64,000 bases of DNA from an uncultured delta proteobacterium (GTDB lineage Bacteria > Desulfobacterota > Binatia > UBA9968). Shown here one piece after another: positions 1 through 9,861 of this stretch. The position numbers and the translations under genes were made by a program. Positions within the stretch are counted from its first letter, which is position 1; the number at the start of each line of letters is the position of its first letter. The stretch is from the NCBI GenBank assembly GCA_963737905.1, contig CAVTUQ010000009.1:128001-192000 (forward strand), in the 5' to 3' direction. The notes below the pieces were generated by a model. That model had not been told where the DNA came from and made no database searches. It was given only the letters and a program-made list of their open reading frames with translations.

Positions 1-1341
1 GGTGGATGCGCCCCCACGGGCGATGTCGTTCAACCGGACCGCAATAAGCGCTACAGGCTGGTCGGTCGCAATTTCGAGCGTCGCCACCGGGGCACCCAAA
101 ATTTCAATCCTTTCCCTCAAAGGTTCGGAGTCGAACGTCAACGAACAACCATCGTCACCACGCTGATCCTGCGGTGCTTCTCCGGGCGCGCCAAACCCGC
201 ACCATTCGCCGGCCCCGAGACCGGTGGTTTGGGGGGAGCGAAAGTCGAGTTGTGCTTTGACGGTCGGGGCGCTAGTCAGTCGGCCCGGATCAAGCCAACG
301 GCGTTGGAGAGTGATGCGCGGCGAGGGCCATTGAGATTCCGCGACCCAGCGACCGGGGCGATGTTTATAAAAAGGCTTCGGTGGGACACTCTCCTGCATC
401 CACACGCGCAGCATCGGCTCTGCCATAATGCCAGTATCCGTCTCCTTCAACCAGTGATCCCACCAACGTAGCCCCTCTTGCAGGAATCCGATCGCGGGAC
501 CGGGGACGCCGTCATGCGGATAGAGATGGGCCCAAGGTCCGATGAGGCCTTTGCGCGGGGCCTTGATCCCGGCCAACAGCCGGGGAATCGCGTTACTGTA
601 GGCATCGGCCCAACCGCCGACGGCATATACGGGGCAGGTGATGGCACTATAGTCTTCGCACACTGATCCGTGCTGCCAGTAGTCGTCACGCCGGGGATGT
701 GCGAGCCATACTGCGGGAAAAAATACAGCGTGTTCGAGACGGTGACGCCACATGGCGCGCCACCGCTCTCCGACGAGCTCAGGATCCGGCGGATATGCGT
801 TGTAGCTCATCAGCACCGAGCCCCAGGTGAGGTTTTCGTTTAAGAGACAACCGCCCATGTAGTGCACGTCGTCAAGATAGCGGTCGTCCGTGGAACAGAC
901 GGTGATGATCGCCTTGAGCTCCGGCGGCCGACGCGCTGCTACTTGCAACGAGTTGAATCCTCCCCAGGACTTGCCCATCATACCGACCGAGCCGCTGCAC
1001 CACGGTTGTTGCGCGATCCACCGGATTACTTCTAAAGCATCCTCCTGTTCCTGTTTCAAGTATTCATCCAGCAAGACGCCGTCCGAATCGCCTGAACCTC
1101 TCAGGTCGACGCGAATGGCGGCATATCCATGACCGGCGAAGTAGTGGTGCATGGGCTCGTCCCGCGCGCGAGTAAAGTCGCGCTTACGGTACGGGATATA
1201 TTCCAGGATCGCCGGTACTGGGCTCGTCTCCGCGTCGGCTGGCAGCCAGATGCGCGCGGCCAAACGACACCCGTCCGACAGCGGGATCCAGCAGTTTTCG
1301 ATCACGCGGACGGCATGGGGAAACCGATCGACGATCTTCAT
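1..1341 (-). CDS. CocE/NonD family (X-Pro dipeptidyl-peptidase-like) serine hydrolase, 3' end runs off the window
   Basis: Absent from the ORF track because no stop falls in the window. Hand translation gives MKIVDRFPHAVRVIENCWIPLSDGCRLAARIWLP...EYIPYRKRD...VDLRGSGDSDG...GMMGKSWGGF (nucleophile elbow)...VGGWADAY...IGPWAH; GGAG RBS upstream. Confidence 0.9.
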   Translation of the reverse strand, partial: MKIVDRFPHAVRVIENCWIPLSDGCRLAARIWLPADAETSPVPAILEYIPYRKRDFTRARDEPMHHYFAGHGYAAIRVDLRGSGDSDGVLLDEYLKQEQEDALEVIRWIAQQPWCSGSVGMMGKSWGGFNSLQVAARRPPELKAIITVCSTDDRYLDDVHYMGGCLLNENLTWGSVLMSYNAYPPDPELVGERWRAMWRHRLEHAVFFPAVWLAHPRRDDYWQHGSVCEDYSAITCPVYAVGGWADAYSNAIPRLLAGIKAPRKGLIGPWAHLYPHDGVPGPAIGFLQEGLRWWDHWLKETDTGIMAEPMLRVWMQESVPPKPFYKHRPGRWVAESQWPSPRITLQRRWLDPGRLTSAPTVKAQLDFRSPQTTGLGAGEWCGFGAPGEAPQDQRGDDGCSLTFDSEPLRERIEILGAPVATLEIATDQPVALIAVRLNDIARGGAST

Positions 1342-1419
1342 CGATGCTCCATCAGCTCTCTATTATACCTAATTCTCGCTGCTTTAATTCGAGAGTTTTT
1401 CTATGAGGGATTGTGGAAC

Positions 1420-2373
1420 TTAGAGCTCAACGATAGCGTCGAGAAATCGGGCTGCCCCGGCGGGGGGTGGGCTCGACTGGAACATCGAGGCAAGTTGTTC
1501 ACGGATTCGGAATCCCGTTTCGGGATTCCAGCAATTGATGATGGCAAGCCTGAACCCGCCGGGCGGCATCGAATGCATCTCCGGAGGCCTGTCGTCGTGA
1601 AATGTTATTTGAATGCTAGAAATGCCTGGCCAGCTAAGAAATTCTTCCAGCGCTTGATGGTCCGGCTTCGCATAGTGGGGACCGTGTGCTCCGAAGAGCA
1701 CGATGCTGTAGCCCGTTCGGGGGGCATGATCGTAGAAGCGCCAATGGCCGCTCGCATAGAGATCGACGACGGCCTCGATCCAACCCGGGCCATACAGGTC
1801 GGGCCACTGGTCGGCGAATCGCAGGTGGGCTTCGATGATCTTGGCACCAATGGTCTCAAAATTCACGCAGCCTGTGTAGCCTTTCAGGTGCCGGCAGAGC
1901 CAATCGCCGCAGTACCGTTCGATCTCGGGCCGCGCTTCTCGCAGAATTACCCAGTGGTCGAACATGCCTTGATCGAGAGCTTTGCCAACCGTGTGCCGCC
2001 ACCATACCGGCTCGCCGTCGATGACCGCGGCATCGGTGCTCACGTGCTCGCCGGTGAGAAGCGGCATCCACATATGGCCAGGCTGTAGCTCGGCCCTGAA
2101 TTGCTCGGGTGATTCAATGATTTTTCCGCCGCTGCCCATCCCGCGCAGATTGTAGATCGGCTTACTGAAAACCGGAAATCGCGACGGTATGATATCATGC
2201 GGGGCATTATCCAGCCCTTGCGTTTCACAGATGAGCAGCTTGTTGTAGATCCAGCGGTGCTTGGGAAATAGCTGGTAGGCTAGCTCGTCGTCGGTGGGGA
2301 CGACAACTTTGTCGGGACAAGAAACGGCAGTGAAATACTGAGTGCGCCAGGGATCGGATTCCACGATCGGCAT
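1420..2373 (-). CDS. Conserved hypothetical protein, probable ATP-grasp-like fold
   Basis: 317-aa ORF with FPVFSKPIYNLRGMGSGG (K..G-rich loop), GEHVSTD and NFETIGAKIIEAHLR (ExxxR-like end motif), which resemble ATP-grasp elements. Confidence 0.65.
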   Translation of the reverse strand: MPIVESDPWRTQYFTAVSCPDKVVVPTDDELAYQLFPKHRWIYNKLLICETQGLDNAPHDIIPSRFPVFSKPIYNLRGMGSGGKIIESPEQFRAELQPGHMWMPLLTGEHVSTDAAVIDGEPVWWRHTVGKALDQGMFDHWVILREARPEIERYCGDWLCRHLKGYTGCVNFETIGAKIIEAHLRFADQWPDLYGPGWIEAVVDLYASGHWRFYDHAPRTGYSIVLFGAHGPHYAKPDHQALEEFLSWPGISSIQITFHDDRPPEMHSMPPGGFRLAIINCWNPETGFRIREQLASMFQSSPPPAGAARFLDAIVEL

Positions 2374-2773
2374 CGCTACACCAACCGTCGGGAGGGCCCG
2401 GTCACCTGCCGACCACTAATTTCCCCGACGCGTACACGTTGTGCCGGGCGAGAGCCGTCAAAACAGAAATCGAAACGAAAAATCACCTTTGGTATCATAG
2501 ACTTCTGAAATTACATTTTTGTCCCACGTATGAGACCTTTTTGTTTTCCTTTTGGGGCTTGCGAAGAAGCAACACCTACCCGAGTATGCGATAAGACCTC
2601 GAAAGATTGACGGTTTCGATTTTCAGCGCGCTACGCCTTCAGGACGATTGCGCTACCTAATCGTTGTCACACTGCAAAGCGAGGACCAGCAGGGGAGGAT
2701 GGCTCCGAGACCAGGGGATTTCTGTGGAGGGAACATCTTTGCACGATCATGTCTGTCGGTTCGCGTGGGTGCA

Positions 2774-3037
2774 TCACTCTCCTCGCACGAGCCTGTCACA
2801 AATGTCTTTGACTATCCGAATACGATCATCCACTTGTTTTTCGATTTCCGCCCGATGGGTGATCTTTTCTACCGGATCAGAAATGCCCCTCCGGTTGAAT
2901 TCAGCTTCAATCCGGCTTTCGCGCATCCCTTCCAGAGCCATCGCTTCATCACACTCTTTTGGTTTTGGCTCTGCCCCGTGTGACACTGAGAGCCAACCCA
3001 ACAAAACAGCCACGGCGATGAAATAGGGTTTGAACAT
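2774..3037 (-). CDS. Small exported hypothetical protein (87 aa)
   Basis: GGAGGT RBS, then ATG at 3037; Sec-type signal MFKPYFIAVAVLLGWLSVSHG-AE; helical charged body with 2 Cys; sigma54 motif upstream. Confidence 0.7.
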   Translation of the reverse strand: MFKPYFIAVAVLLGWLSVSHGAEPKPKECDEAMALEGMRESRIEAEFNRRGISDPVEKITHRAEIEKQVDDRIRIVKDICDRLVRGE

Positions 3038-3066
3038 CCTGACCTCCTTCAACACGGGCAGGGGAG

Positions 3067-3082
3067 AGCAATGCGCGTGCCC
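3067..3082 (-). promoter_or_regulatory. sigma54 (-24/-12) promoter candidate
   Basis: Minus strand GGGCACGCGCATTGCT = GG-N10-GC, about 30 bp upstream of the ATG at 3037. Confidence 0.6.
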
Positions 3083-3333
3083 GCTGCCACCCGGCGGTCG
3101 ACATGGACGACATTTCACTCTGTGAATTGCCATGTAATGACGTAGATGCAGCAGTTGAACCTCTCGCGTGGGATTGTCTAGGGAAATTAGCTCTGGCGCC
3201 AACTGCCATGGCGCGACAGAATCTGCAACGAATCCAGAAGAACTGCGACAAAATTGCGCGTTAGCATTACACTACGAACTCAAAAGCGCCAACAAGTACG
3301 TCTCCACAGAGTTGCGCGAAGTGGGAATGCGAT

Positions 3334-4317
3334 TCAGAGAGCTGGCAGCACTTCTTTCCCTAGCAAGTCGATTTGCTGATACCAGTCGGGGGAACGCAAA
3401 CGTAGGTCGAAAACTACAAGATCGGCACCCGCGGCGTGATAGGCCCGCGTCTCCCGGACGATATCCTCTGGTGCTCCAGCAAGAATGAGCCCGTGGATGT
3501 CGTCCAGTGTCGAAAAGATTCCGCCGGCAGGTTTGACCCAGGTTGAGTTCTTGTTCGCCTCGTTGATCAAACTCTCGACGTTCACATGCCTCAGCGCTGT
3601 TTCTTTATCTTTGGCGATGCTGGTCAAGGGCATCACTCCCGCCGTGATCATCGGGCGAGCCGCGGTTTGAGAAACCTTTCGGAGATATGCGAGGCGTTTT
3701 GTGAAAGTCGGAAACGTGATTCGCGCAGGCAGCCATCCTTCGCCAAATTCCACCGCGCGCCGGCAGGCAGCTGGCGTTGAGCCCCCACACCAGATCGGAA
3801 TAGGACTCACAGGAGTTGGTTTCAGTTCTACATCTTGGAAGTCATAATAATCGTCCTTGTAAGAGACTCTTTCTCCCGCCCAGAGCCTTCGGCAGAGGTC
3901 CGCGTTGGTTCTGGCCAAGTGTGCCCGCTCTGCCGTCGCGCTCGGCAGCCCCGCAGCCGCGAATTCGTGCGGGAAGCCGCCGACACCCAGGCCCATGATA
4001 ATCCGGCCGTTGGCGATATGGCTTAACCCCGCAAAACACTGCGCGAGATGAATGGGATGTCGATGACAAATCGTCATGGCGGTGCCCATGGTGAGTTTCT
4101 TCGTTACCGCGGCGACAGCGGATAGCACGACCAAACCTTCGATGTGCGTGTTGTCGGTTCCCTCCATATTGTAGGGTTTAAAAACCAGGTGATCTCTTAC
4201 CCACACGGAGTTGAAACCGTATGCTTCGGCCTTGATTGCCCCTTCGAGGCATTTTTCCACTGAAGCGTACTGACCAAAATGCGGCAACACCAATCCAAAC
4301 TTCAAATTCGCTTCCAT
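3334..4317 (-). CDS. LLM-class flavin/F420-dependent oxidoreductase
   Basis: KFGLVLP, AEAYGFNSVWVRDH, LSAVAAVT, GRIIMGLGVG and PIWCGG motifs. Confidence 0.9.
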   Translation of the reverse strand: MEANLKFGLVLPHFGQYASVEKCLEGAIKAEAYGFNSVWVRDHLVFKPYNMEGTDNTHIEGLVVLSAVAAVTKKLTMGTAMTICHRHPIHLAQCFAGLSHIANGRIIMGLGVGGFPHEFAAAGLPSATAERAHLARTNADLCRRLWAGERVSYKDDYYDFQDVELKPTPVSPIPIWCGGSTPAACRRAVEFGEGWLPARITFPTFTKRLAYLRKVSQTAARPMITAGVMPLTSIAKDKETALRHVNVESLINEANKNSTWVKPAGGIFSTLDDIHGLILAGAPEDIVRETRAYHAAGADLVVFDLRLRSPDWYQQIDLLGKEVLPAL

Positions 4318-4484
4318 CGGTGTAGTGTTTCACGGCTTCCGAAGGATTTGCAAATTCTTCTCCGCACACGGAAAAACTCTCACGGGGGAGAGATGAACCT
4401 CCCTGCTGCACTCTTTTGTCAGTCAAGGACCACGTTTGTCGTTCAACAAGGCTCGGTGTCCATGCAAGAACAAGTACTTAGTCA

Positions 4485-4500
4485 CGGCACATTGCTTGCG
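4485..4500 (+). promoter_or_regulatory. sigma54 (-24/-12) promoter candidate
   Basis: CGGCACATTGCTTGCG = GG-N10-GC, about 34 bp before the ATG at 4534 with GGAG RBS. Confidence 0.6.
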
Positions 4501-4533
4501 TGGGAACGGCCGGCACAGGGAGTTGTTCTTGAT

Positions 4534-5223
4534 ATGAGCCAATCAAAACTAAAACTTGTGTGGGTTAACGGAACGTGGTTGTCTGTTCGAAATAAGACGA
4601 AGAGAAACGCCTCTACCGAAACGGGTAAGCAAGCAAAGCCGCTTGCGAGAGGATGGGCTTGGCTGCGTCTTAACGGTTCTGCGATTTCAGCGCTTATCCT
4701 TTTTATCGGAGTACCCTGGTATTTAGGCAGGTCATACGTTCAGCTGGAAAACGTCGATCAAGCACTCTACGGTGACACCGGGTTGATAAAACGCGTCAAC
4801 GCGTTACACGACGACATAATCTGGATCCGGGGGTTGGCTACCGGTACGTACGGAGAGAAAATAGTTGCGCAGGGTTACAACAAAAATAAGGTGAAAATCT
4901 TTCCGGTGCGCTTTTCAGAGTCGGAGTTGCCTGTCAAATCTTTGTTCCAAACAACGGAATTTGCTTCTGGACAACTTCAATACAATTTGGAGGTTACTCT
5001 TCTACGCGCCACTCGTGAAGAAATAGTTTTGTCTGTCAGCCGCGCATATGGGCGTAATGATTTTAAAAACAATACCGTAAGAGTGCCGCTCACGTTGGGA
5101 GCAGCGCTCGAGCTGACCCAGGAAGTTTACATCCAGGGCATGCCAAGAATTTTCTTGACCGTGTTAGAAGTTCCCACCCAAGAGACGGCTATTGTAGCAA
5201 TCGGACCGAAAGAGTCCACGTGA
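4534..5223 (+). CDS. Hypothetical single-pass membrane protein (229 aa)
   Basis: Start moved to MSQSKL (RBS and promoter); one hydrophobic segment AISALILFIGVPWYL; AT-richer than its neighbours. Confidence 0.6.
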   Translation: MSQSKLKLVWVNGTWLSVRNKTKRNASTETGKQAKPLARGWAWLRLNGSAISALILFIGVPWYLGRSYVQLENVDQALYGDTGLIKRVNALHDDIIWIRGLATGTYGEKIVAQGYNKNKVKIFPVRFSESELPVKSLFQTTEFASGQLQYNLEVTLLRATREEIVLSVSRAYGRNDFKNNTVRVPLTLGAALELTQEVYIQGMPRIFLTVLEVPTQETAIVAIGPKEST

Positions 5224-5393
5224 TCCCTGAACATCCACTTTATTGGAATACAGCGGTTCTATTCTCGCTGGATACCATTGAACCACGAAAATGAGCATAA
5301 CCACCAAGGCCAATGGCAGCGAAGACGGCGTGCGCCCAGGGGCCACATGTTGATTGACGGTAGGAGATCATGTGGGGTTGCTGCGTGCCACTT

Positions 5394-5516
5394 TTATCGA
5401 AAGTTCTGAATGGGCCTTCTGCGTCTCTTTGTCTTCGCCACGCTCATAAAAACTACTAGCGCGACTACGGGTACAGCCATGGTGATCAACAAAAGAGTTA
5501 TGGCATCAAATAACAT
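5394..5516 (-). CDS. Small membrane protein (40 aa), below ORF-track cutoff
   Basis: MLFDAITLLLITMAVPVVALVVFMSVAKTKRRRRPIQNFR*; GAAAGGA RBS; TM helix followed by a basic tail; sigma54 motif upstream. Confidence 0.55.
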   Translation of the reverse strand: MLFDAITLLLITMAVPVVALVVFMSVAKTKRRRRPIQNFR

Positions 5517-5543
5517 AGGCGATCCTTTCTCGACACCACCTAG

Positions 5544-5560
5544 AGCAACACCGATGCCAG
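5544..5560 (-). promoter_or_regulatory. sigma54 (-24/-12) promoter candidate
   Basis: Minus strand CTGGCATCGGTGTTGCT, a near-consensus TGGCA-N6-TTGC, about 28 bp before the ATG at 5516. Confidence 0.65.
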
Positions 5561-5991
5561 CGAGCGAACGCTAAACAGATCCAGCGGTTAGCCCACATTT
5601 ATAGCGGGGAAAGACGTGTCGAGTCATGGTACGCATGCCAGGATTGGCATTAACAGCAGACACACGAAAGCTTTTGAAAAAACTTAGTAAACCGCGTGGC
5701 AAATCAAATCAAGGCACTCGAGGCGGGGGCGGCGGCCGGGAGAGGCTCAGAGACAATTGAAATAAGGGTCAGCTTTAGGCAGTTTCTTCCCGCTCCCGGC
5801 CAGATCACACCGATGACTGCCGGATCCCTTTCCGGACTTTTGGCGTAACTCGTGCCTGTGGGATGCGAGAGTTTCTCGATATCCAGCTACGGACCCTAGG
5901 AACGACCTGGACCGCCCGGCAGGCTACGGAAGTAGATCACCGATTGTGACTCGAAATGTCGAAGTTTTGCCAGCGGAAGCCCTGATCATGC

Positions 5992-6429
5992 TTACGAGCG
6001 CGCGAGCTCTTCGAACGAAGGCTCAGGCATGCCCGGCTTCCAAGTCGGATCGCGCAGCTCGAGCCGATTGCCAGTCGGATCGAAAAAATAAAGCTCCCGC
6101 CCGGTAAAGAAACCCTTCGCCCGGTAGTAAAGTCGATCGATAGGAATTTTCCTCTCGTAAAAGATCTTACACGCTTGCACTAACGTCTCCGGGGTTACGG
6201 TGAAGGAATGGTGCACGTTATGATCTTCGACAAATGATTTATCCACGGTCTCCGCGCGCTCGCAGAGCAGGATGTTGTGGTCGCCGACGTTGAAGCATGA
6301 CATGCCGGAATCGCCCAAGCGACCCAGCGCCTTGAGGCCGAGCAGATCGCCGTAAAACCCTTCCGACTCCGCGAGATCGTTCACCGGAATTGACCAGTGC
6401 GTGACTCCCTCAATTTTCAGTAATCCCAT
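5992..6429 (-). CDS. VOC/glyoxalase family protein
   Basis: GVTHWSIPVNDLAESEGFYGDLLGL...HHSF...YFFDPTGNRLEL; GGAGG RBS. Confidence 0.9.
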   Translation of the reverse strand: MGLLKIEGVTHWSIPVNDLAESEGFYGDLLGLKALGRLGDSGMSCFNVGDHNILLCERAETVDKSFVEDHNVHHSFTVTPETLVQACKIFYERKIPIDRLYYRAKGFFTGRELYFFDPTGNRLELRDPTWKPGMPEPSFEELARS

Positions 6430-6790
6430 ACACACCTCCATTTGATTAGGAACGCTAGTCTTTTACTCCACGTAAAATAAGCCAGGGCGATCACGCGCGT
6501 CAAGGGGGAACAAACATTTCTGTAGGGAGAGACAAACAGTTTTACTGTGGCGGGGAGGAAAAGGGTCAATTTTGAACCTTCCCATGACACCTTTCGAATG
6601 ACGCCACTACCGCATAGTGACATGGAGATCGGCTGCCGTACCCAGAAAGTCCTGGATACACCCTCCACAATATGAAGGCTGGACATTGACCGCCGAAAAG
6701 GTCTAGGATGCATTCCAGGGCACGGACGGATTCGCTTCTCACCCCATAACTCGACGGTTCATCAAATCTGATCGAGGAGGAGTCAGAAAA

Positions 6791-7519
6791 GTGTTTTTCC
6801 GGAAAAAAAGTTGGTTGAGGACGAGTTGTTTGGCTGCCCTGCTATCCCTCGCCGGGACTGCCGCTCTAGCGCAAACAGGCGGGAAAATTCCCCGCGAAGT
6901 GATCGACCACGCGGCCGCCCATGGAACAGTCTTGGTGCTCGTGGGATTGAAGGTGCCGTGGCAAATGGAATCACGTCTAAGTGAAAACGACACACATGCC
7001 CAGCGCGAGGCCATCGCTTCGGTTCAGAAGGATCTGTTGAGCGAGCTGGAGGGAAGAAACTATAAGGTTATTCGCCGCTACGATCGGATCCCGGGTATCG
7101 CCTTAGAGGTCGGCGCGGATGTCCTAGCGGAGTTGGCGCGCTCGGCGAACGTAACGAACGTGTTGCTCGACCGTCCGGCGGTGGATTCGGAGGCCGCGTC
7201 GTCCGAGAAGGTGCCGCCGCAACTGTTCAAGCTGGCGGCTAGTGATGGCACTGTACTCGTGTTGGCGGGACTGCGGACACCATGGCGACGCGAAGATCAA
7301 CTGAGCGAGGACCTAAAGGCGCTGCAGAGAAAAGCGATATTGAGCGCCCAGAGCTATGTCTTGGCGGAGCTGGGCGGCACCCAGTTCAAGGTCATGCGGC
7401 TCTATCGTAGCATACCTGGCATCGCACTGCGCGTCGGATTGGATGCGCTGCAGGTACTGGAAAAATCCCCAGCCGTGACGAACGTGGTGCCGGACCGACC
7501 GGCAAGCGCGTCGCGCTAG
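6791..7519 (+). CDS. Exported protein with two tandem subtilase prodomain (Inhibitor I9-like) repeats and no catalytic domain
   Basis: GAGGAGG RBS; signal peptide ending ALA-Q; two ~100-aa repeats GTVLVLxGL...YxxIPGIALxVG...VTNVxxDRPA. Confidence 0.7.
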   Translation: MFFRKKSWLRTSCLAALLSLAGTAALAQTGGKIPREVIDHAAAHGTVLVLVGLKVPWQMESRLSENDTHAQREAIASVQKDLLSELEGRNYKVIRRYDRIPGIALEVGADVLAELARSANVTNVLLDRPAVDSEAASSEKVPPQLFKLAASDGTVLVLAGLRTPWRREDQLSEDLKALQRKAILSAQSYVLAELGGTQFKVMRLYRSIPGIALRVGLDALQVLEKSPAVTNVVPDRPASASR

Positions 7520-7585
7520 AGGTAGACTGCGCGTGCTACTGGTGCTGGTGAGAACGCCCTGACACCCATTCTTTTTCATGAATTT

Positions 7586-8386
7586 CTAGTAGTGCATGTC
7601 TGCGTTGCCGCCGCCAGAAACGGAGATCGCCTCACCGGTGATGCTGACGGCCAGCGGCGAGCAGAGAAAAGCGACCACATGGGCAACGTCCTCCGCGGTG
7701 ACTAGATAGCGGATAAGACTGCGCTCCCGCAGCTCCTTTAGATACTTATCAAGCATCTTGCCCTGGCGCTCCGCCTGCTTGCGGTGACGTTCCAACACCG
7801 CTTCGGTAATGGTCGTACCGGGGTAGATGGCGTTCACGTTGATACCGAAGGGCCCGAGCGCGTTCGCGAGGGACTTCGTCAGGGCGACGCAGGAGATATT
7901 GCGGGCCGGTGTGCTGATCGCGGTGCCTGGCGTGCGTCCGGCGCCGCCACTCAAGTTGACGATCCGACCCCAACCAGCTTGCTTCATGTACGGTGCAGTC
8001 TCACGCGCACAGCGGTAGTAGCCAAGGAATTTCTCTTCGAAGTCCTTGACGATCTGCTCGTCGCTGATCGCATCCATATTGTCCGGGATAGTGCCGCCGA
8101 CGCGAGCGGCGCAGTTGGCCAGGATGTGGACTGTGTCGAGCGCATTGGCCGCTTCCTGGACGAATTCCTTGATCGATTCCGCGCTAAGTGTGTCCACAAC
8201 CAGTGGAACGATCTTGCGTCCTGTCTCCCGAGCGATCTCCGTGGCTGCCCTGCGCAGCGGCTCCTCTGTCCTGGCGCCGATCGCAACGTCGCAGCCCTCT
8301 CGGGCCAACTGGCGTGCGATCGCCTTGCCCATGCCGCGGCTGCCACCCGTGACGATTGCCTTTTTGCCCTGAAGCTGAAGATCCAT
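7586..8386 (-). CDS. SDR family oxidoreductase
   Basis: TGGSRGMG Rossmann motif, GRIVNLSG, GINVNAIYPG; the canonical YxxxK is not evident. Confidence 0.9.
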   Translation of the reverse strand: MDLQLQGKKAIVTGGSRGMGKAIARQLAREGCDVAIGARTEEPLRRAATEIARETGRKIVPLVVDTLSAESIKEFVQEAANALDTVHILANCAARVGGTIPDNMDAISDEQIVKDFEEKFLGYYRCARETAPYMKQAGWGRIVNLSGGAGRTPGTAISTPARNISCVALTKSLANALGPFGINVNAIYPGTTITEAVLERHRKQAERQGKMLDKYLKELRERSLIRYLVTAEDVAHVVAFLCSPLAVSITGEAISVSGGGNADMHY

Positions 8387-8688
8387 ATGGCCCCTCCCAC
8401 AACCGGCAGTGCGGCGAGCACGTCGGTTCTGTCAATTATGATATGAGTCCAAGCTCCGCCTCCCTTAGAATCAACACTTCATTGGCTCAGGAAAACGACT
8501 GGTAGCGCATGAATGTCGAAGCTAAGAGTCCGATTTCACCTGTGCGGTAAAATCGTTAGGTTGTCATGATTTGCTGGCGGTGTTATATCAGAATCGTCTC
8601 TAAAAGTATGCGAATATTCCGCTTGAACACGTAAGTCACGACCATCCAATTTAACTCTGAACTAAGCGATGTCGAAAGGAGAATATAA

Positions 8689-9819
8689 GTGACATACACG
8701 ATGATTTCAGCCGATGATCACATTGACTTGGGGTATTTGCCCAAGGACTTGTGGATCGAACGCTTGCCCAAGTCTTTGCAGGAGCGCGCGCCACACGTCG
8801 AAGACAGGGGAGAGAAGGGTGAATTCTGGGTGTGCGATGGCGAGACCTGGGCAGACTATCGCGGCGAGCGCTGGTTCGCCAGGCCCAAGCGAAACCCGCT
8901 GGCTCTGGACAGGGGCGGAGTCGGCGAACCCGGCCGGCCAACCACGCCGGAAAAACGCCTCACCGATATGGATCGCGACGGCGTCGAGGCGTCACTCATG
9001 TTTCCGCCGATTATCGCCATGCAGGTGGGCGAACCCGAACTTAGAAATGCTTGTGTTCAAGCCTACAACAACTGGGCGCTAGAATTCGGCAATACCGCGC
9101 CGAAGCGCTTCTTCCCCGTTGCCATGCTCTCTTCCGTCGACCCGGAAGCTGCCAGAGATGAAATTGTCCGGGTGGCGAAGTTGGGTTTCCGCGAAGCGAA
9201 CTTTCTAGTCAACGATGTCACCCTCCAAATGAACCTGAAGCCCTGGGACATCTTTTGGGACGCGGCTGAGGACGCCGGCATCGTCGTATCGTATCACGTC
9301 GGCGGCAGCACACAGTCGGGAACAGTGAGGGCTACGATAGACGCTATAAAACCCAGTGAGCGGCAAGGCGTATTCGATATGGGACTCAGCAACGGCGCAA
9401 CGTCTTTTTTCAATCCGTTCGTGAATATGTTCAACTTCGGGACCTTGGAACGCCATCCCAAGTTGAAGTTTTGTCTCGCTGAATCCGCGATCGGCTGGAT
9501 CCCGTTCGTGGTACAGGAAATGGATTACCGCTACCGTAGACAATTCGAGCGCAAAAAGGCCACAGAGATTCCATTGAAAGCGATGCCGAGCGAGATCTTC
9601 AAGCGCCAAGTTTGGGCGACCTATCAAACGGATTTGGTGGGGCTCCACCTGATCCAGTTCTTCGGCGATGGTCACATCATGTGGGGCTCGGATTACCCGC
9701 ATCCCGACAGCACCTGGCCATTCTCCAAAGGGATTATCGATAAAGATTCGGCCCATCTATCCCCGGAGATGAAGAAAAAGGTCATTCACGACAACGCCAA
9801 GGCACTCTACGGACTTTAG
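8689..9819 (+). CDS. Amidohydrolase_2 family protein
   Basis: ISADDH, DMDRDGV, YNNW, SYHVG, AESAIGW and WGSDYPHPD motifs. Confidence 0.9.
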   Translation: MTYTMISADDHIDLGYLPKDLWIERLPKSLQERAPHVEDRGEKGEFWVCDGETWADYRGERWFARPKRNPLALDRGGVGEPGRPTTPEKRLTDMDRDGVEASLMFPPIIAMQVGEPELRNACVQAYNNWALEFGNTAPKRFFPVAMLSSVDPEAARDEIVRVAKLGFREANFLVNDVTLQMNLKPWDIFWDAAEDAGIVVSYHVGGSTQSGTVRATIDAIKPSERQGVFDMGLSNGATSFFNPFVNMFNFGTLERHPKLKFCLAESAIGWIPFVVQEMDYRYRRQFERKKATEIPLKAMPSEIFKRQVWATYQTDLVGLHLIQFFGDGHIMWGSDYPHPDSTWPFSKGIIDKDSAHLSPEMKKKVIHDNAKALYGL

Positions 9820-9861
9820 CTCGAACGGGTGAATCCGAGAAAAGGCTGCGGCCTGATAGTG

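Noticed and set aside
1129-2088. 319-aa plus-strand ORF and other long antisense ORFs (e.g. 7784-8446, 18142-18759, 45423-46247, 48994-49809)
   Set aside because: Shadow ORFs opposite well-supported genes in GC-rich DNA, with no recognisable motifs.
5164-5346. 60-aa minus-strand ORF
   Set aside because: No RBS, and it overlaps the 3' end of the convergent gene.
6630-6732. Riboswitch-like pairing upstream of the double-prodomain gene
   Set aside because: Some complementarity (CCTGGA/TCCAGG) but no match to an aptamer consensus I recognise; would need cmscan.
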